Of a stretch of DNA of 32,000 nt, positions 15,337 to 24,676 are shown in pieces. Origin of the DNA: an archaeon (GTDB lineage: Archaea > Iainarchaeota > Iainarchaeia > Iainarchaeales > CSSED10-239). The stretch spans positions 60,001 to 92,000 of the forward strand of contig JBBABY010000002.1 in the NCBI GenBank assembly GCA_041657425.1, written 5' to 3'. The position numbers and the translations under genes are program-made. Below the pieces are notes generated by a model, which saw only the letters and a list, made by a program, of their open reading frames with translations, was not told the origin of the DNA and made no database searches. The stretch's first letter is position 1, and each line of letters starts with the position of its first letter.

Positions 15337-17898
15337 TTAAATCGTTTTCTTAAATATCTTTTTTTCAAGGTAATTGGATAACGGAATAATAAAAAAGGAA
15401 AATAATCCAAACAAGATTATTAATCCCCAATCCTTTAATGATAGTGCAACTGTCTTAAATGCATGTTGCATAAATGGATTGTAAATCAAGAATAGTTGTA
15501 GAGCAATAACTATCACAACACTAACAATCAAGAAAGTGTTTGAAAACAACTTCTTTAATCTTAAAGAACCATCACTGTTACAAAAGAATGCAAAGATTAA
15601 TTCAAACATAACTATCCCTGTAAGTAACAAGGTTCTAGCATATGAATTTTGAGTAACATCAAAAGGATTGATTCCTAATGATTGATCAATCTGTAAACCA
15701 TATGAAAACAATATTATTTCTCCTACTATCTTTATAATTAATGCAATAATTATAAAAGTACCAAACGACTTGAAAGAATTATCTTTATTGTTATTTGGCT
15801 TTCTTGACATTATATCATCTACTGCTTTTTTTCTTCCAAGAGCAATTGCTGGAAGAGAATCAGTAACGAGGTTAATCCAAAGTATCTGTAACGCCAACAA
15901 AGGAATTGGAAAAGCAGCAACTGTTAATATTGCAACAACAAATAACAGGTCGAAGTTGACTGCAAGCATATACTTGACAAACAATAAAATATTATCATAA
16001 ACTCTTCTTCCTTCTTTTATTGCAGAAATTATACTTGAATAATTATCGTCCTTAAGAACAATATCAGCAACTTCTTTTGTTGCTTCTGTTCCTTTTATTC
16101 CCATGGCTATACCAATGTCTGCTTTCTTTAAAGCAGGAGCATCATTTACTCCGTCCCCCGTTACTGCTACTACTTCTCCTGCCTTTTGAAGAAGCTCAAC
16201 AATTCTATATTTGTGTTCAGGTTTAGCTCTTGCAAAAATATCTACTTTCTGTATTAATTCTGTTGCTTGCTTATCTGTTAATTTATCTAAAACACTTGCA
16301 ATAACTACTTGAGGATTAATTATCCCAATCTTTTCAGCTATTGCCTTAGCTGTTAAAGCATTGTCTCCAGTAATTATCTTTGTTCTGATTCCTGCTTTTC
16401 TTGCAATTTCAAGTGCTTGCTTAACATCTGGCCTTGGAGGATCCATCATTCCAACAATACCAACAAATACCATTCCTTCTTCTTTCTTGTCTTTAGATGT
16501 TGACATTTGTCTATAACTAAATGCTAATACTCTTAAAGCATCACTTGCATATTTTTCTTCAAATGTTCTAAACTTTAAAATGTCTTTATCTGTTAGTTTT
16601 CTGACATGGCCATTATCTAAAACCTTATCACATTTATTTATTACTTCTCCAAAAGCACCTTTTGTAAACATTTCATACTGTCCGCCAATCTCATGAATTG
16701 TAGACATCATTTTTCTTTGAGATGAAAAAGGAATTTCATCTATAAATTTATATTCATTTGTTAGTTGTGCTTTCTTTGCTAAAATCTTTAAAGCAATTTC
16801 TGTGGGATCTCCATATATGTTTTTATCAACAACTGAATTATTACAGTTATTTGCAATGTCTATTAATTTATGAGCATCTCTGTTGTCAATTACTTCTTTT
16901 TCTTCCACTGAATAACCAGAACTAGAAATATATTTTTCGTAACCGAAAGTATATACTCTTTCAACATTCATTTCATTTAACGTCAAGGTGCCAGTTTTAT
17001 CTGAACAAATTACTGTTGTTGCACCTAATGCTTCTATGGAACTTAACTTTTTAACGATTGCGTTCTTTTTTGACATCAATTGTACTCCATTAGCTAGAGT
17101 TAATGTCATAACTATTGGTAGACCTTCAGGAATTGCAGAAATTGCAAGAGAAACTGAAATTAAAAATATTTCAAAAATATGTTCTCCTCTTAATATTCCT
17201 AAGACAAACAATACTACAAAACTTACAAGAAGAACATATATTAAGACTTTTGAAAGTTTATCTATTTGCACTTCTAAATGAGTCTTTTCTTCTTGATCTT
17301 TTGAAACAAGATTTATAATCTTTCCAAACTCTGTGTTTAGTCCAATCTTTTCAACAATTGCTATTCCTTTACCACTTACTATTGTTGTTCCTGATAATAA
17401 TTGACTACCGTTTTCTTTTGTTACTGGAACACTTTCTCCATTTAGTACTGATTCATCAACAATTAAAGAATAATCTTCTAGAATTTTAAGATCAGCAGGA
17501 ACTTTATCCCCTTCTGTAATGTAAACTATATCTCCGGGAACTAACTCCTCTGTGTTTATTTCAAACTTTTGTCCGTCTCTTAACACAAGAGTTGTTTTTA
17601 CTAGAAGTTTCTTAAGAGAATCAACTGCTTTATCTGCTTTGTATTCTTGGATAAAACCTATTAGTCCATTGATTACTATTATTACTAAAACTAGAATAAA
17701 CTCTAGAGTATCTCCCATAAACAAAAAGATAAAAGAACAAGCAAAAAGAATAATTATGATTATTGAAGTAAATTGAGAAAACAATATCTTCCAAACAGTA
17801 TTTTTACTTTTTATATCTATTCTGTTTAGCCCATATTCTTTCTGTAGAAATTCTACCTCTGAAGTAGAAAGACCAGTCTTTATATTTGTTTGAGACAT
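15337..17898 (-). CDS. P-type cation-transporting ATPase (P2, Ca2+-ATPase-like)
   Basis: Phosphorylation motif ICSDKTGTLTLNEM, TGES-like loop (LNGESVPV), hinge VTGDGVNDAPALKKADIGIAMG, about 10 TM segments, N-terminal cation-ATPase-N motif (GLSTSEVEFLQKEYGLN). Confidence 0.9.
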   Translation of the reverse strand: MSQTNIKTGLSTSEVEFLQKEYGLNRIDIKSKNTVWKILFSQFTSIIIIILFACSFIFLFMGDTLEFILVLVIIVINGLIGFIQEYKADKAVDSLKKLLVKTTLVLRDGQKFEINTEELVPGDIVYITEGDKVPADLKILEDYSLIVDESVLNGESVPVTKENGSQLLSGTTIVSGKGIAIVEKIGLNTEFGKIINLVSKDQEEKTHLEVQIDKLSKVLIYVLLVSFVVLFVLGILRGEHIFEIFLISVSLAISAIPEGLPIVMTLTLANGVQLMSKKNAIVKKLSSIEALGATTVICSDKTGTLTLNEMNVERVYTFGYEKYISSSGYSVEEKEVIDNRDAHKLIDIANNCNNSVVDKNIYGDPTEIALKILAKKAQLTNEYKFIDEIPFSSQRKMMSTIHEIGGQYEMFTKGAFGEVINKCDKVLDNGHVRKLTDKDILKFRTFEEKYASDALRVLAFSYRQMSTSKDKKEEGMVFVGIVGMMDPPRPDVKQALEIARKAGIRTKIITGDNALTAKAIAEKIGIINPQVVIASVLDKLTDKQATELIQKVDIFARAKPEHKYRIVELLQKAGEVVAVTGDGVNDAPALKKADIGIAMGIKGTEATKEVADIVLKDDNYSSIISAIKEGRRVYDNILLFVKYMLAVNFDLLFVVAILTVAAFPIPLLALQILWINLVTDSLPAIALGRKKAVDDIMSRKPNNNKDNSFKSFGTFIIIALIIKIVGEIILFSYGLQIDQSLGINPFDVTQNSYARTLLLTGIVMFELIFAFFCNSDGSLRLKKLFSNTFLIVSVVIVIALQLFLIYNPFMQHAFKTVALSLKDWGLIILFGLFSFFIIPLSNYLEKKIFKKTI

Positions 17899-17953
17899 AC
17901 AAGTATATTATATTTTAGAATACTTTAAAATATTATCTTATTTATATTATATT

Positions 17954-18589
17954 ATGATAAAACTAATTATCTTTGACTTATGGTACACTCTTGCTCAAAG
18001 AGAAGCATATCATTTAAGTGCAACAAGAGAACTTGAAAAAGAGTTTAATATCAATAGGCCACATGAAGAAGTAGTAAAGATATTTGAACAGATAATTCAA
18101 ACAAAAATTTGGGAAACAGAATTTGACGCTTATTGGGAATTACTAAAAGAACTTAAGATTAATCCAAGTAAAGTAAACATCATGAAAGCAATTGCCATTA
18201 GAGGAAAAGCAGAAACACATATTGCACTTTATGATTTTACAGTACCTTTACTTACTCAACTGCGAGAAAAAGGAATTAAGATTGGACTACTTACAAACAG
18301 TTCTGTGTTTATTAGAGAAATTGTTGAAAAAGACACTCCCTTAATGCAATACATTGATTATCCAATTTTCTCTTATGAGATTGGAACAATTAAACCAGAC
18401 CCTGTTCTTTTCCTTGAAATGCAAAGACAAAGCGAAGTAGCTGACTCAAAAGAAATAATTATGATTGGAGATAATATGTTTGATGACATATATCCTGCAC
18501 AGAAACTTGGAATTAACACAATACACTTTACTGGAGACTATAAACAATTAAAAAAAGAACTGAAGAAATTTGATATTATTATTAAATAA
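17954..18589 (+). CDS. HAD-superfamily hydrolase (subfamily IA-like)
   Basis: Motif I IIFDLWYTL, motif II GLLTNSS, motif IV IMIGDNMFDDI. Confidence 0.75.
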   Translation: MIKLIIFDLWYTLAQREAYHLSATRELEKEFNINRPHEEVVKIFEQIIQTKIWETEFDAYWELLKELKINPSKVNIMKAIAIRGKAETHIALYDFTVPLLTQLREKGIKIGLLTNSSVFIREIVEKDTPLMQYIDYPIFSYEIGTIKPDPVLFLEMQRQSEVADSKEIIMIGDNMFDDIYPAQKLGINTIHFTGDYKQLKKELKKFDIIIK

Positions 18590-18645
18590 ATCTGTATTAC
18601 CTAGTAATACGCTAATTTTTAAATATTTCTACACAGATTATCTAT

Positions 18646-19155
18646 ATGAAACCAAAAGCAATACTCGATACTTCCTTTTGGATACATTTAGTAAAACTGG
18701 ATTTAGAAAACCATTTTCTAAATTTGTTTGACCCTATTGTTCCACAAAAAGTTGAAGATGAGATATTGTATTGTAATACATTTAAATTTATGATTTATAA
18801 ACCTCAAGATATAAGAATTTATGAAAAATTAAAGAATGAAAACAAAATTGAAATTATTAATCCCAGAGAAATATCTAAACAATTACTAAGTCATATTAGT
18901 AAAAACTCTGGAGAATTATTTGCAATTGCATTAGCGAAAGAAAAAAGTTGGATTGTATTTATAGATAATGGCAGACCACACAACTATTGTATAGAAAACA
19001 ATATACAAACGGGAACAATTGGGGATTTCCTTATATATTTAAAAGAAGAGAAAATATTAACCATTAAAGAAATTAAAAATAAAATTAATTTAATAAAAGA
19101 TAGTTTATCGGAAAGATATTTAGAACAAATAAAAAAATATCTAAAGGGGAAATAA
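18646..19155 (+). CDS. DUF3368-type PIN-like nucleic-acid-binding protein (putative toxin)
   Basis: N-terminal AILDTSFWIHLVKLDL, central SGELFAIALAKEKSWIVFIDNGRP, and GTIGDFLIYLKEEKIL all match the DUF3368 layout (D..pLi.L, GE.eaiaLA, DD..AR, GtlGiL). Confidence 0.6.
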   Translation: MKPKAILDTSFWIHLVKLDLENHFLNLFDPIVPQKVEDEILYCNTFKFMIYKPQDIRIYEKLKNENKIEIINPREISKQLLSHISKNSGELFAIALAKEKSWIVFIDNGRPHNYCIENNIQTGTIGDFLIYLKEEKILTIKEIKNKINLIKDSLSERYLEQIKKYLKGK

Positions 19156-19156
19156 C

Positions 19157-19504
19157 ATGACAAAAGAATATACTGCAGAAAAACTAAGTGTAAAAACTTT
19201 AAGATTAAAAGATTCATCTGCGAATTTAATATATAATATTGCAAAAGAAAAGAATGTTACAGAGTCAGAATATATAAGATCACTAATTGAAAGAGATATA
19301 GCAGAATACAGATTAAAAAAATCAATTGAAGAATACAGAAATAAAAAAATTAACATTTCTGATGGGGCCGAAATGTCTGGATTATCATATAGAGAATTTC
19401 TAGAAAAATTAGAAGATAATAAAGTCCCATTAAATCTTGACACATTACCTATTGAGTATGGTCTAAAGTCAATTAGAAAAACATTAAAGAAAAAAGATGA
19501 TTAA
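19157..19504 (+). CDS. ribbon-helix-helix plus UPF0175-like antitoxin-type protein
   Basis: The N-terminal half (KTLRLKDSSANLIYNIAKEKNVTESEYIRSLIERDI) looks like a CopG/RHH fold. The C-terminal half (ISDGAEMSGLSYREFLEKLEDNKVPL) matches the UPF0175 signature. It starts 1 nt after the PIN-like gene stop. Confidence 0.55.
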   Translation: MTKEYTAEKLSVKTLRLKDSSANLIYNIAKEKNVTESEYIRSLIERDIAEYRLKKSIEEYRNKKINISDGAEMSGLSYREFLEKLEDNKVPLNLDTLPIEYGLKSIRKTLKKKDD

Positions 19505-19505
19505 A

Positions 19506-20069
19506 TTAATAATCATGTCCTGGACAAAGAGTTTCAAAATCTAACTCTCCAATTATATCTAAACTTTTTTCCATTTTTTTTGGTTCTGAACTTGGGAGAT
19601 CTACTCTACCGTGTCCATCAAAGAAAAGAGTGTCTCCTGAAAAAAGAATTTTCTTTACATTATCATAAATACAAATAGAACCACAAGTATGCCCTGGAGT
19701 AAAAATTATATCAAATCTTTTTGGAAGTTTCAATCTTGCAATGCTTATTAATTTTGGAGTAAATCTTTTGACAATTACTGGATTTAATACCGCTCCTTCT
19801 TTATTCATTTCGAAATATGCAATCTCTTCTTTATGTGCATAAAATTTAGCATTTGGAAACATTCCGTGATTACCAATGTGATCATAATGAAGATGAGTAA
19901 AAATAACTGTTTTAACTGTAGATAAATCTACAACACTTGCAAGTTCTCTTTCAACCATTGCTCTTTCTTGATAATTGCCAGTATCAATTACTGCATCAAG
20001 TGGCTTAATATAATACATGTTTGAATCACATGCCACTTTGTATACTTCATCATTAATTTTCTGTAACAT
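19506..20069 (-). CDS. metallo-beta-lactamase-fold hydrolase
   Basis: HxHxDH motif THLHYDHIGN, downstream His (TPGHTCGS), Asp (FSGDTLF) and terminal CPGHDY. Confidence 0.85.
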   Translation of the reverse strand: MLQKINDEVYKVACDSNMYYIKPLDAVIDTGNYQERAMVERELASVVDLSTVKTVIFTHLHYDHIGNHGMFPNAKFYAHKEEIAYFEMNKEGAVLNPVIVKRFTPKLISIARLKLPKRFDIIFTPGHTCGSICIYDNVKKILFSGDTLFFDGHGRVDLPSSEPKKMEKSLDIIGELDFETLCPGHDY

Positions 20070-20081
20070 TTTATTTTCTCC

Positions 20082-21791
20082 TTAATGGGTAAACCAAAAA
20101 TTGTATATTTTCTTTGCTGTTTCTTTGTCCTTTGTTATTGAATCCAATCTACAAAAACCAAATCTTTCAAACTGGATAATTTCTCCAATTTCTAAAGTAT
20201 ATATATTATCTTCTGCAAGACCAGATAACATTTTATGATCAGGCATAAAGATTGTTGCTTTTACTAATTGCTTATCATCTACTGGAAGATAATGTATTAT
20301 TTTCTTTTCTTCTGTATATTCTTTAAATTTTAAATAATTTTCTGAATGGAAATTCCCAAATTTAGTTTTACTATCATAAATAAAATTAATGTTATCCATT
20401 AATCTTACTAGTGTTCCTTCTTTTAAAGAGGTTATATCTTCTTTCTCTAGATAATAACTTCCATTTGAAATGAAATCTCTTCTTCCTAACGATAAACTAG
20501 GATGCATCTCTAAATCAAATTCTTTATTTATATCTCCTTTAACTTCTAACTTTACTGGATCTTTAATAAAGAAGAATCTTTTAGAGGTATCATTTAACAC
20601 TCTTTTATTGTATTTAATTAAGGTGTCCCAAGTTAATGTCGAACCACTTGATTTAGTGATTCCACTTTCAACAACCATCTGTTTTATGGCCTCTGGAGTG
20701 AATCCTCTTCTCTTTAATGCACGAAGCGTTGGAAGACTTGGATCATCCCAACCAATTAATTCTCCAGAATTTACTTTCTCTCTTATTACTCTACCACTTG
20801 ATTCTGTGCCTTCAAAATTAAGTCTTGCAAATTCATAAGTGTAGGTGTCATATAATCCTAATGATTTTCTAATATAATGATGTAATTCACTAGCCATTTC
20901 AAACTCAACTGTTCTTAATCTATGTGTGATATTAAAATAACCATCCATTATTGGATTTTGAAAATCATATATTGGATAAATATTATATTTATTTCCTATT
21001 CTTGGATGAACACAATCAATTCTTCTAAAGATTGCTGGATCTCTCATTCTTGTGTTCTTGTGTTTCATATTAATTTTTAATCTTAAAACTGCTTTTCCCT
21101 CAGGATAACTAGGAAGTTCTTTCCAGAATTTCAAGTTTTCTTCTACAGAAAATTTTCTACAATCACAATCTTCCCCTTTCCCTCTCTTTTCACTTGCAAT
21201 TTCTGCTGTACAAAAACACATATATGCTTTATCTTCTTTTATTAGTTTTTCTGCAGAAGATATAAATAAATCAATATAATCTGAAGCATACTGTACTTGG
21301 TCCCAAGCTACCCCTAACCAACCGATATCTTCTAACATTATTTGATAAAACTCAGGCAGAACTTTTTCAGGATTGGTGTCTTCAAATCTTAAATAAAATT
21401 TGCCACCGTATTGCTGTGCTAAAAGATAATTTAAAAGAATTGCTTTAGCATGACCTATATGATAGTACTTCTCAGGACTTGGAGGAAAAGCACTTATTAC
21501 TTTATCTCCTTGTTTTATGTGTAAAAACGCAAAGATATTTCTATCTTCCTTTTCTTTCTTATCAAAGAAACTTGGATTTAGGGATTTTAATTGAATTATT
21601 TGGTTATCAATAGATAAAGCATTAATTTGATCAATTTGTTTGTCCAACAAATCGTGTAGTTCTTGTTGTTTTGTCTTATATTCAGGAAATTTAGCTAGAA
21701 CTGCACCAAATAAAAACTTCTTATCTGCTTTTCCTTTATACTTAACAGCATTCTCTAAGATTAACTGTTTGATTGTATCTTCGTTTGACAT
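20082..21791 (-). CDS. gltX: glutamyl-tRNA synthetase, archaeal/eukaryal-type
   Basis: Class I HIGH motif (PSPEKYYHIGHAKAILLNY), YLRFEDTNP, and archaeal GluRS/GlnRS-type C-terminal anticodon-binding beta-barrel region. 569 aa. Confidence 0.9.
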   Translation of the reverse strand: MSNEDTIKQLILENAVKYKGKADKKFLFGAVLAKFPEYKTKQQELHDLLDKQIDQINALSIDNQIIQLKSLNPSFFDKKEKEDRNIFAFLHIKQGDKVISAFPPSPEKYYHIGHAKAILLNYLLAQQYGGKFYLRFEDTNPEKVLPEFYQIMLEDIGWLGVAWDQVQYASDYIDLFISSAEKLIKEDKAYMCFCTAEIASEKRGKGEDCDCRKFSVEENLKFWKELPSYPEGKAVLRLKINMKHKNTRMRDPAIFRRIDCVHPRIGNKYNIYPIYDFQNPIMDGYFNITHRLRTVEFEMASELHHYIRKSLGLYDTYTYEFARLNFEGTESSGRVIREKVNSGELIGWDDPSLPTLRALKRRGFTPEAIKQMVVESGITKSSGSTLTWDTLIKYNKRVLNDTSKRFFFIKDPVKLEVKGDINKEFDLEMHPSLSLGRRDFISNGSYYLEKEDITSLKEGTLVRLMDNINFIYDSKTKFGNFHSENYLKFKEYTEEKKIIHYLPVDDKQLVKATIFMPDHKMLSGLAEDNIYTLEIGEIIQFERFGFCRLDSITKDKETAKKIYNFWFTH

Positions 21792-21809
21792 AATTATCTT
21801 TATTCTAAA

Positions 21810-22838
21810 TTATTGAGGATATGCCTCTTTGATTAAATCTTCTTTTCCAATCATTTTATTTCTAATAGGTATAAGTAATTTATCTATTTCAATTGCAACT
21901 CCTGACTTTAAATCCATTGGATGAAGTTGTTTTGAAACAAATGCTTTTTCTAATTCCTCAACTGTTTTAAATTTTAATGGTCCGCCCCATTTTTCTGGTC
22001 TATCAATTATAAATTCTTCATTTTTATCTTGTTTTTGCGTCATAATAATAGTCTTTGCAAAATCCATAATTCCATTCTCTAAATCTCCTTCTGGACAATA
22101 TGCTGATTTTAATTTATCCTGTATTGTTTTAAGATCATCAAGTAAATCTATTTTTGAATTTTGAACAGATGAAGACATTTTACCATCTTGTGTTAATCCT
22201 CTCATAAGTGGAAGCATTACTTCAACTCTTGAATGATATCCTAATTTTGGTAAAAATTCTCTTGCAAGAACCATTATTTTTCTTTGATCCACTCCACCTA
22301 ATTGAGCATCTACATCTAAATATTGTTCATCAAGTGCTTGAAGTAATGGATATAATAATCCAGAAAGCATTGGATTATCTCCCATCTTAACTACATCACT
22401 TGCAGCTTTTGTTGAATTTCTAACAGAAACATAACTTGACATCTTGTATAAATCCATTACAAAATCTTTATTTAATTGATAACTAGAACCCTTTATTACC
22501 TCTACATTACCTTTTATTCCACCAACTGATTCAACCATTGCTGGAATTACAATATTATAATACTCATATCTTTTATCTAATAATTCCCAAGGAGTATTAT
22601 CAAGTGCCCCGTGAATGTCTGCAATTAAAACTTTAACTTTAAATCCAGCTTTTGAAAAATCCGCAAGTATCTGTGCCCAAGCTAAATATCCTATATGTGG
22701 CCTGCCAGTTGTTGCTGTACCCATATATATACTGGGGTGCTCTTTCGTTTTCAAAACATTAATTAGTTCTTCTTCCGTTAATATTTCAGAAGTATTTCTT
22801 TTAATTAGTTTTAATCTTTCTTCTATTGTTAGAGTCAT
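21810..22838 (-). CDS. tyrS: tyrosyl-tRNA synthetase, archaeal-type
   Basis: HIGH-type motif GRPHIGY, GGVDQRKI, and KMSKS-type motif KMSSS. 342 aa. Confidence 0.9.
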   Translation of the reverse strand: MTLTIEERLKLIKRNTSEILTEEELINVLKTKEHPSIYMGTATTGRPHIGYLAWAQILADFSKAGFKVKVLIADIHGALDNTPWELLDKRYEYYNIVIPAMVESVGGIKGNVEVIKGSSYQLNKDFVMDLYKMSSYVSVRNSTKAASDVVKMGDNPMLSGLLYPLLQALDEQYLDVDAQLGGVDQRKIMVLAREFLPKLGYHSRVEVMLPLMRGLTQDGKMSSSVQNSKIDLLDDLKTIQDKLKSAYCPEGDLENGIMDFAKTIIMTQKQDKNEEFIIDRPEKWGGPLKFKTVEELEKAFVSKQLHPMDLKSGVAIEIDKLLIPIRNKMIGKEDLIKEAYPQ

Positions 22839-22853
22839 ATCTTTTCCCTTTAT

Positions 22854-23093
22854 TTAAAGATTATAATTTTCGAAAAATAATTTTATTAAACAAATTACAA
22901 CTATTGTAAATATTAACTTTAATATAAATATTCCAAAAGCCCCTAAAGTGAACTTTGAAAATTGATTAATAAACCCAAATAATACAATTACTAATATCGC
23001 ATAAATGAATATTGTTGAAAAGGTATGTTGCTTTAAATACCTTGTAGTAAATGTTTCTAGAAACCATTCTATGGGTTTTACTTTCTGTAACAT
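22854..23093 (-). CDS. small membrane protein, hypothetical
   Basis: 79-aa ATG ORF with two hydrophobic helices, 15 nt upstream of tyrS. Confidence 0.4.
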   Translation of the reverse strand: MLQKVKPIEWFLETFTTRYLKQHTFSTIFIYAILVIVLFGFINQFSKFTLGAFGIFILKLIFTIVVICLIKLFFENYNL

Positions 23094-23147
23094 GATATAT
23101 AATATATGTATAATTCTATATAAAAAGAGTTTGTTTTTAAAATAATT

Positions 23148-23573
23148 TTAGATTTTGATAATACTTATTGCCCTATCATAAAACTCTTCTGCTATTGATA
23201 TTGCAAACTTTAGATCGTCTTCACTTATGGAATTTATTCTTTCATACATTGCAATATGGCGTTTTGTTCTTATTTTGTTTATTAAAAATATTATTTGCTC
23301 TTCAAATTCAGAAGAATAAAATTGCTTTAAAAATTCAATTACAGAAATGTGTTTATTTTCTTCTTTTGGTCTATATCCATTATAAAACATTAATGCTCTT
23401 CCTGTTTGTAGTATTGCATTATAGCAAATACAATATGCCCAATCATAAGATTCTTTTGCAAGATAAGTTTTAGATTCAACTATGTCTCTTTTTACAATCT
23501 CTAATGTTTCTTTAATCCATTTTTTGTTTACTTCTATTTTTGTCCAATATTCCTCTTCTGAAATCATTTTCAT
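23148..23573 (-). CDS. HEPN-domain protein (putative toxin of a HEPN/MNT pair)
   Basis: Helical protein with an R-x4-H motif (IRTKRHIAMYE). The track start at 23582 is TTG. ATGs at 23573 and 23567 (MKMISEEEY...) are more likely starts. Confidence 0.75.
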   Translation of the reverse strand: MKMISEEEYWTKIEVNKKWIKETLEIVKRDIVESKTYLAKESYDWAYCICYNAILQTGRALMFYNGYRPKEENKHISVIEFLKQFYSSEFEEQIIFLINKIRTKRHIAMYERINSISEDDLKFAISIAEEFYDRAISIIKI

Positions 23574-24117
23574 TACCCACAAGCATTATGATATTATTTG
23601 ACATTATGTCCTTTATTAAATGGTGGGCAGGAAATTTTTGTGAAAACTCTAATTCGGACCATAAAACGGAATTTATTTCTCTTTTTATCTCTTTTTCTAT
23701 AGAAAATATAATCTTGTATAACTCATCCTGTTTCTTATCTGAAACAATTAACAAATCAATATCACTTTTACTATTTTCTGTGCCTTTTGCAAAAGATCCA
23801 AAGATTACTGCATATTCTACTTTGTCTTTTAATTTTTCTGAAATAGTATTTCCAAGATAATCGGTTTTAATATATATTTGTTTTAGTTCTTTTATAAATG
23901 AACATTTAGAATTTATTGAATATAGCACCAGATTTGCTTTCTTTTCTTTATTTACAATTCCTAGTTCATATAGATTATTTAATTCTTTTGAAACAAGAGT
24001 CGGAGTAATTCCTACAATCTTAGCAAGAGCCCTTACATGATAATCCTTACCATCATTAAATAATAGCGTCTTTAATAATGCTAATCTTGTTTTTGAAGTA
24101 AAAAGTTTTTCCAACAT
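23512..24117 (-). CDS. minimal nucleotidyltransferase (MNT) fused to an N-terminal winged-HTH domain (putative antitoxin/regulator)
   Basis: N-terminal wHTH (YHVRALAKIVGITPTLVSKELNNLYELGIV) and Pol-beta-type NTase motif AVIFGSFAKGTENSKSDIDLLIV. Confidence 0.8.
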   Translation of the reverse strand: MLEKLFTSKTRLALLKTLLFNDGKDYHVRALAKIVGITPTLVSKELNNLYELGIVNKEKKANLVLYSINSKCSFIKELKQIYIKTDYLGNTISEKLKDKVEYAVIFGSFAKGTENSKSDIDLLIVSDKKQDELYKIIFSIEKEIKREINSVLWSELEFSQKFPAHHLIKDIMSNNIIMLVGNENDFRRGILDKNRSKQKMD

Positions 24118-24206
24118 ATATATTTAGAGAAAGAAAAAGAATTTAAATGTATAGATTTAGTATACGATTGTATACAATTTAAGTTAGTTAATTATTTCTT
24201 AAAATT

Positions 24207-24539
24207 TTATTTAATTTTTGAAAGAATATGATCTATCTTTTGCTTTAAAATTAGTTTTGGTTCAAACCCCATTACTCTTCCAAGTTCTCTACCGTATTTC
24301 ATAACAACAATACAAGGAACTTGATCTATTCTAAACATTGTAGATATTGGCTTATTTTCTTCACTATTTATTTTTACAAATTTTATTCGTTCTTGATATT
24401 CTCCACTAAGTTCCTCAAATGTTAAATTCAAAGCTCTTGATGGACCAGAAAGAGTTTCCCAAAAATATACAACTACAGATATATCTGATTCTATTACTTC
24501 TTCTTCAAAATTATGTCTATTACAAAGAATCACTGTCAT
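24207..24539 (-). CDS. thioredoxin-fold protein lacking both active-site cysteines (SGPS instead of CGPC)
   Basis: Alignable along its length to TrxA (VVVYFWETLSGPSRAL ~ ILVDFWAEWCGPCKMI; EYQERIKFVKIN ~ EYQGKLTVAKLN; the cis-Pro site VPC ~ IPT). Codons TCT GGT CCA TCA at 24449-24438. Confidence 0.8.
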   Translation of the reverse strand: MTVILCNRHNFEEEVIESDISVVVYFWETLSGPSRALNLTFEELSGEYQERIKFVKINSEENKPISTMFRIDQVPCIVVMKYGRELGRVMGFEPKLILKQKIDHILSKIK

Positions 24540-24676
24540 ATATATTTTCCGGTTTATTTGAATATCTCTAATAAATATAAAATCATTTGTATTAAAAAAC
24601 TTACGATTTGATTAAAACAAGAACAACTTAAAAACCGTAATGATAATTAATTTAAAAAAGAAATAAAAAGGATTAT

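Noticed and set aside
15770-17776. Several 67-97-aa plus-strand ORFs (15770..16000, 16988..17281, 17115..17318, 17552..17776)
   Set aside because: All are antisense within the P-type ATPase gene, whose motifs are contiguous and intact. Similar antisense ORFs inside the GT2, GluRS, TyrRS, permease and methyltransferase genes were rejected for the same reason.
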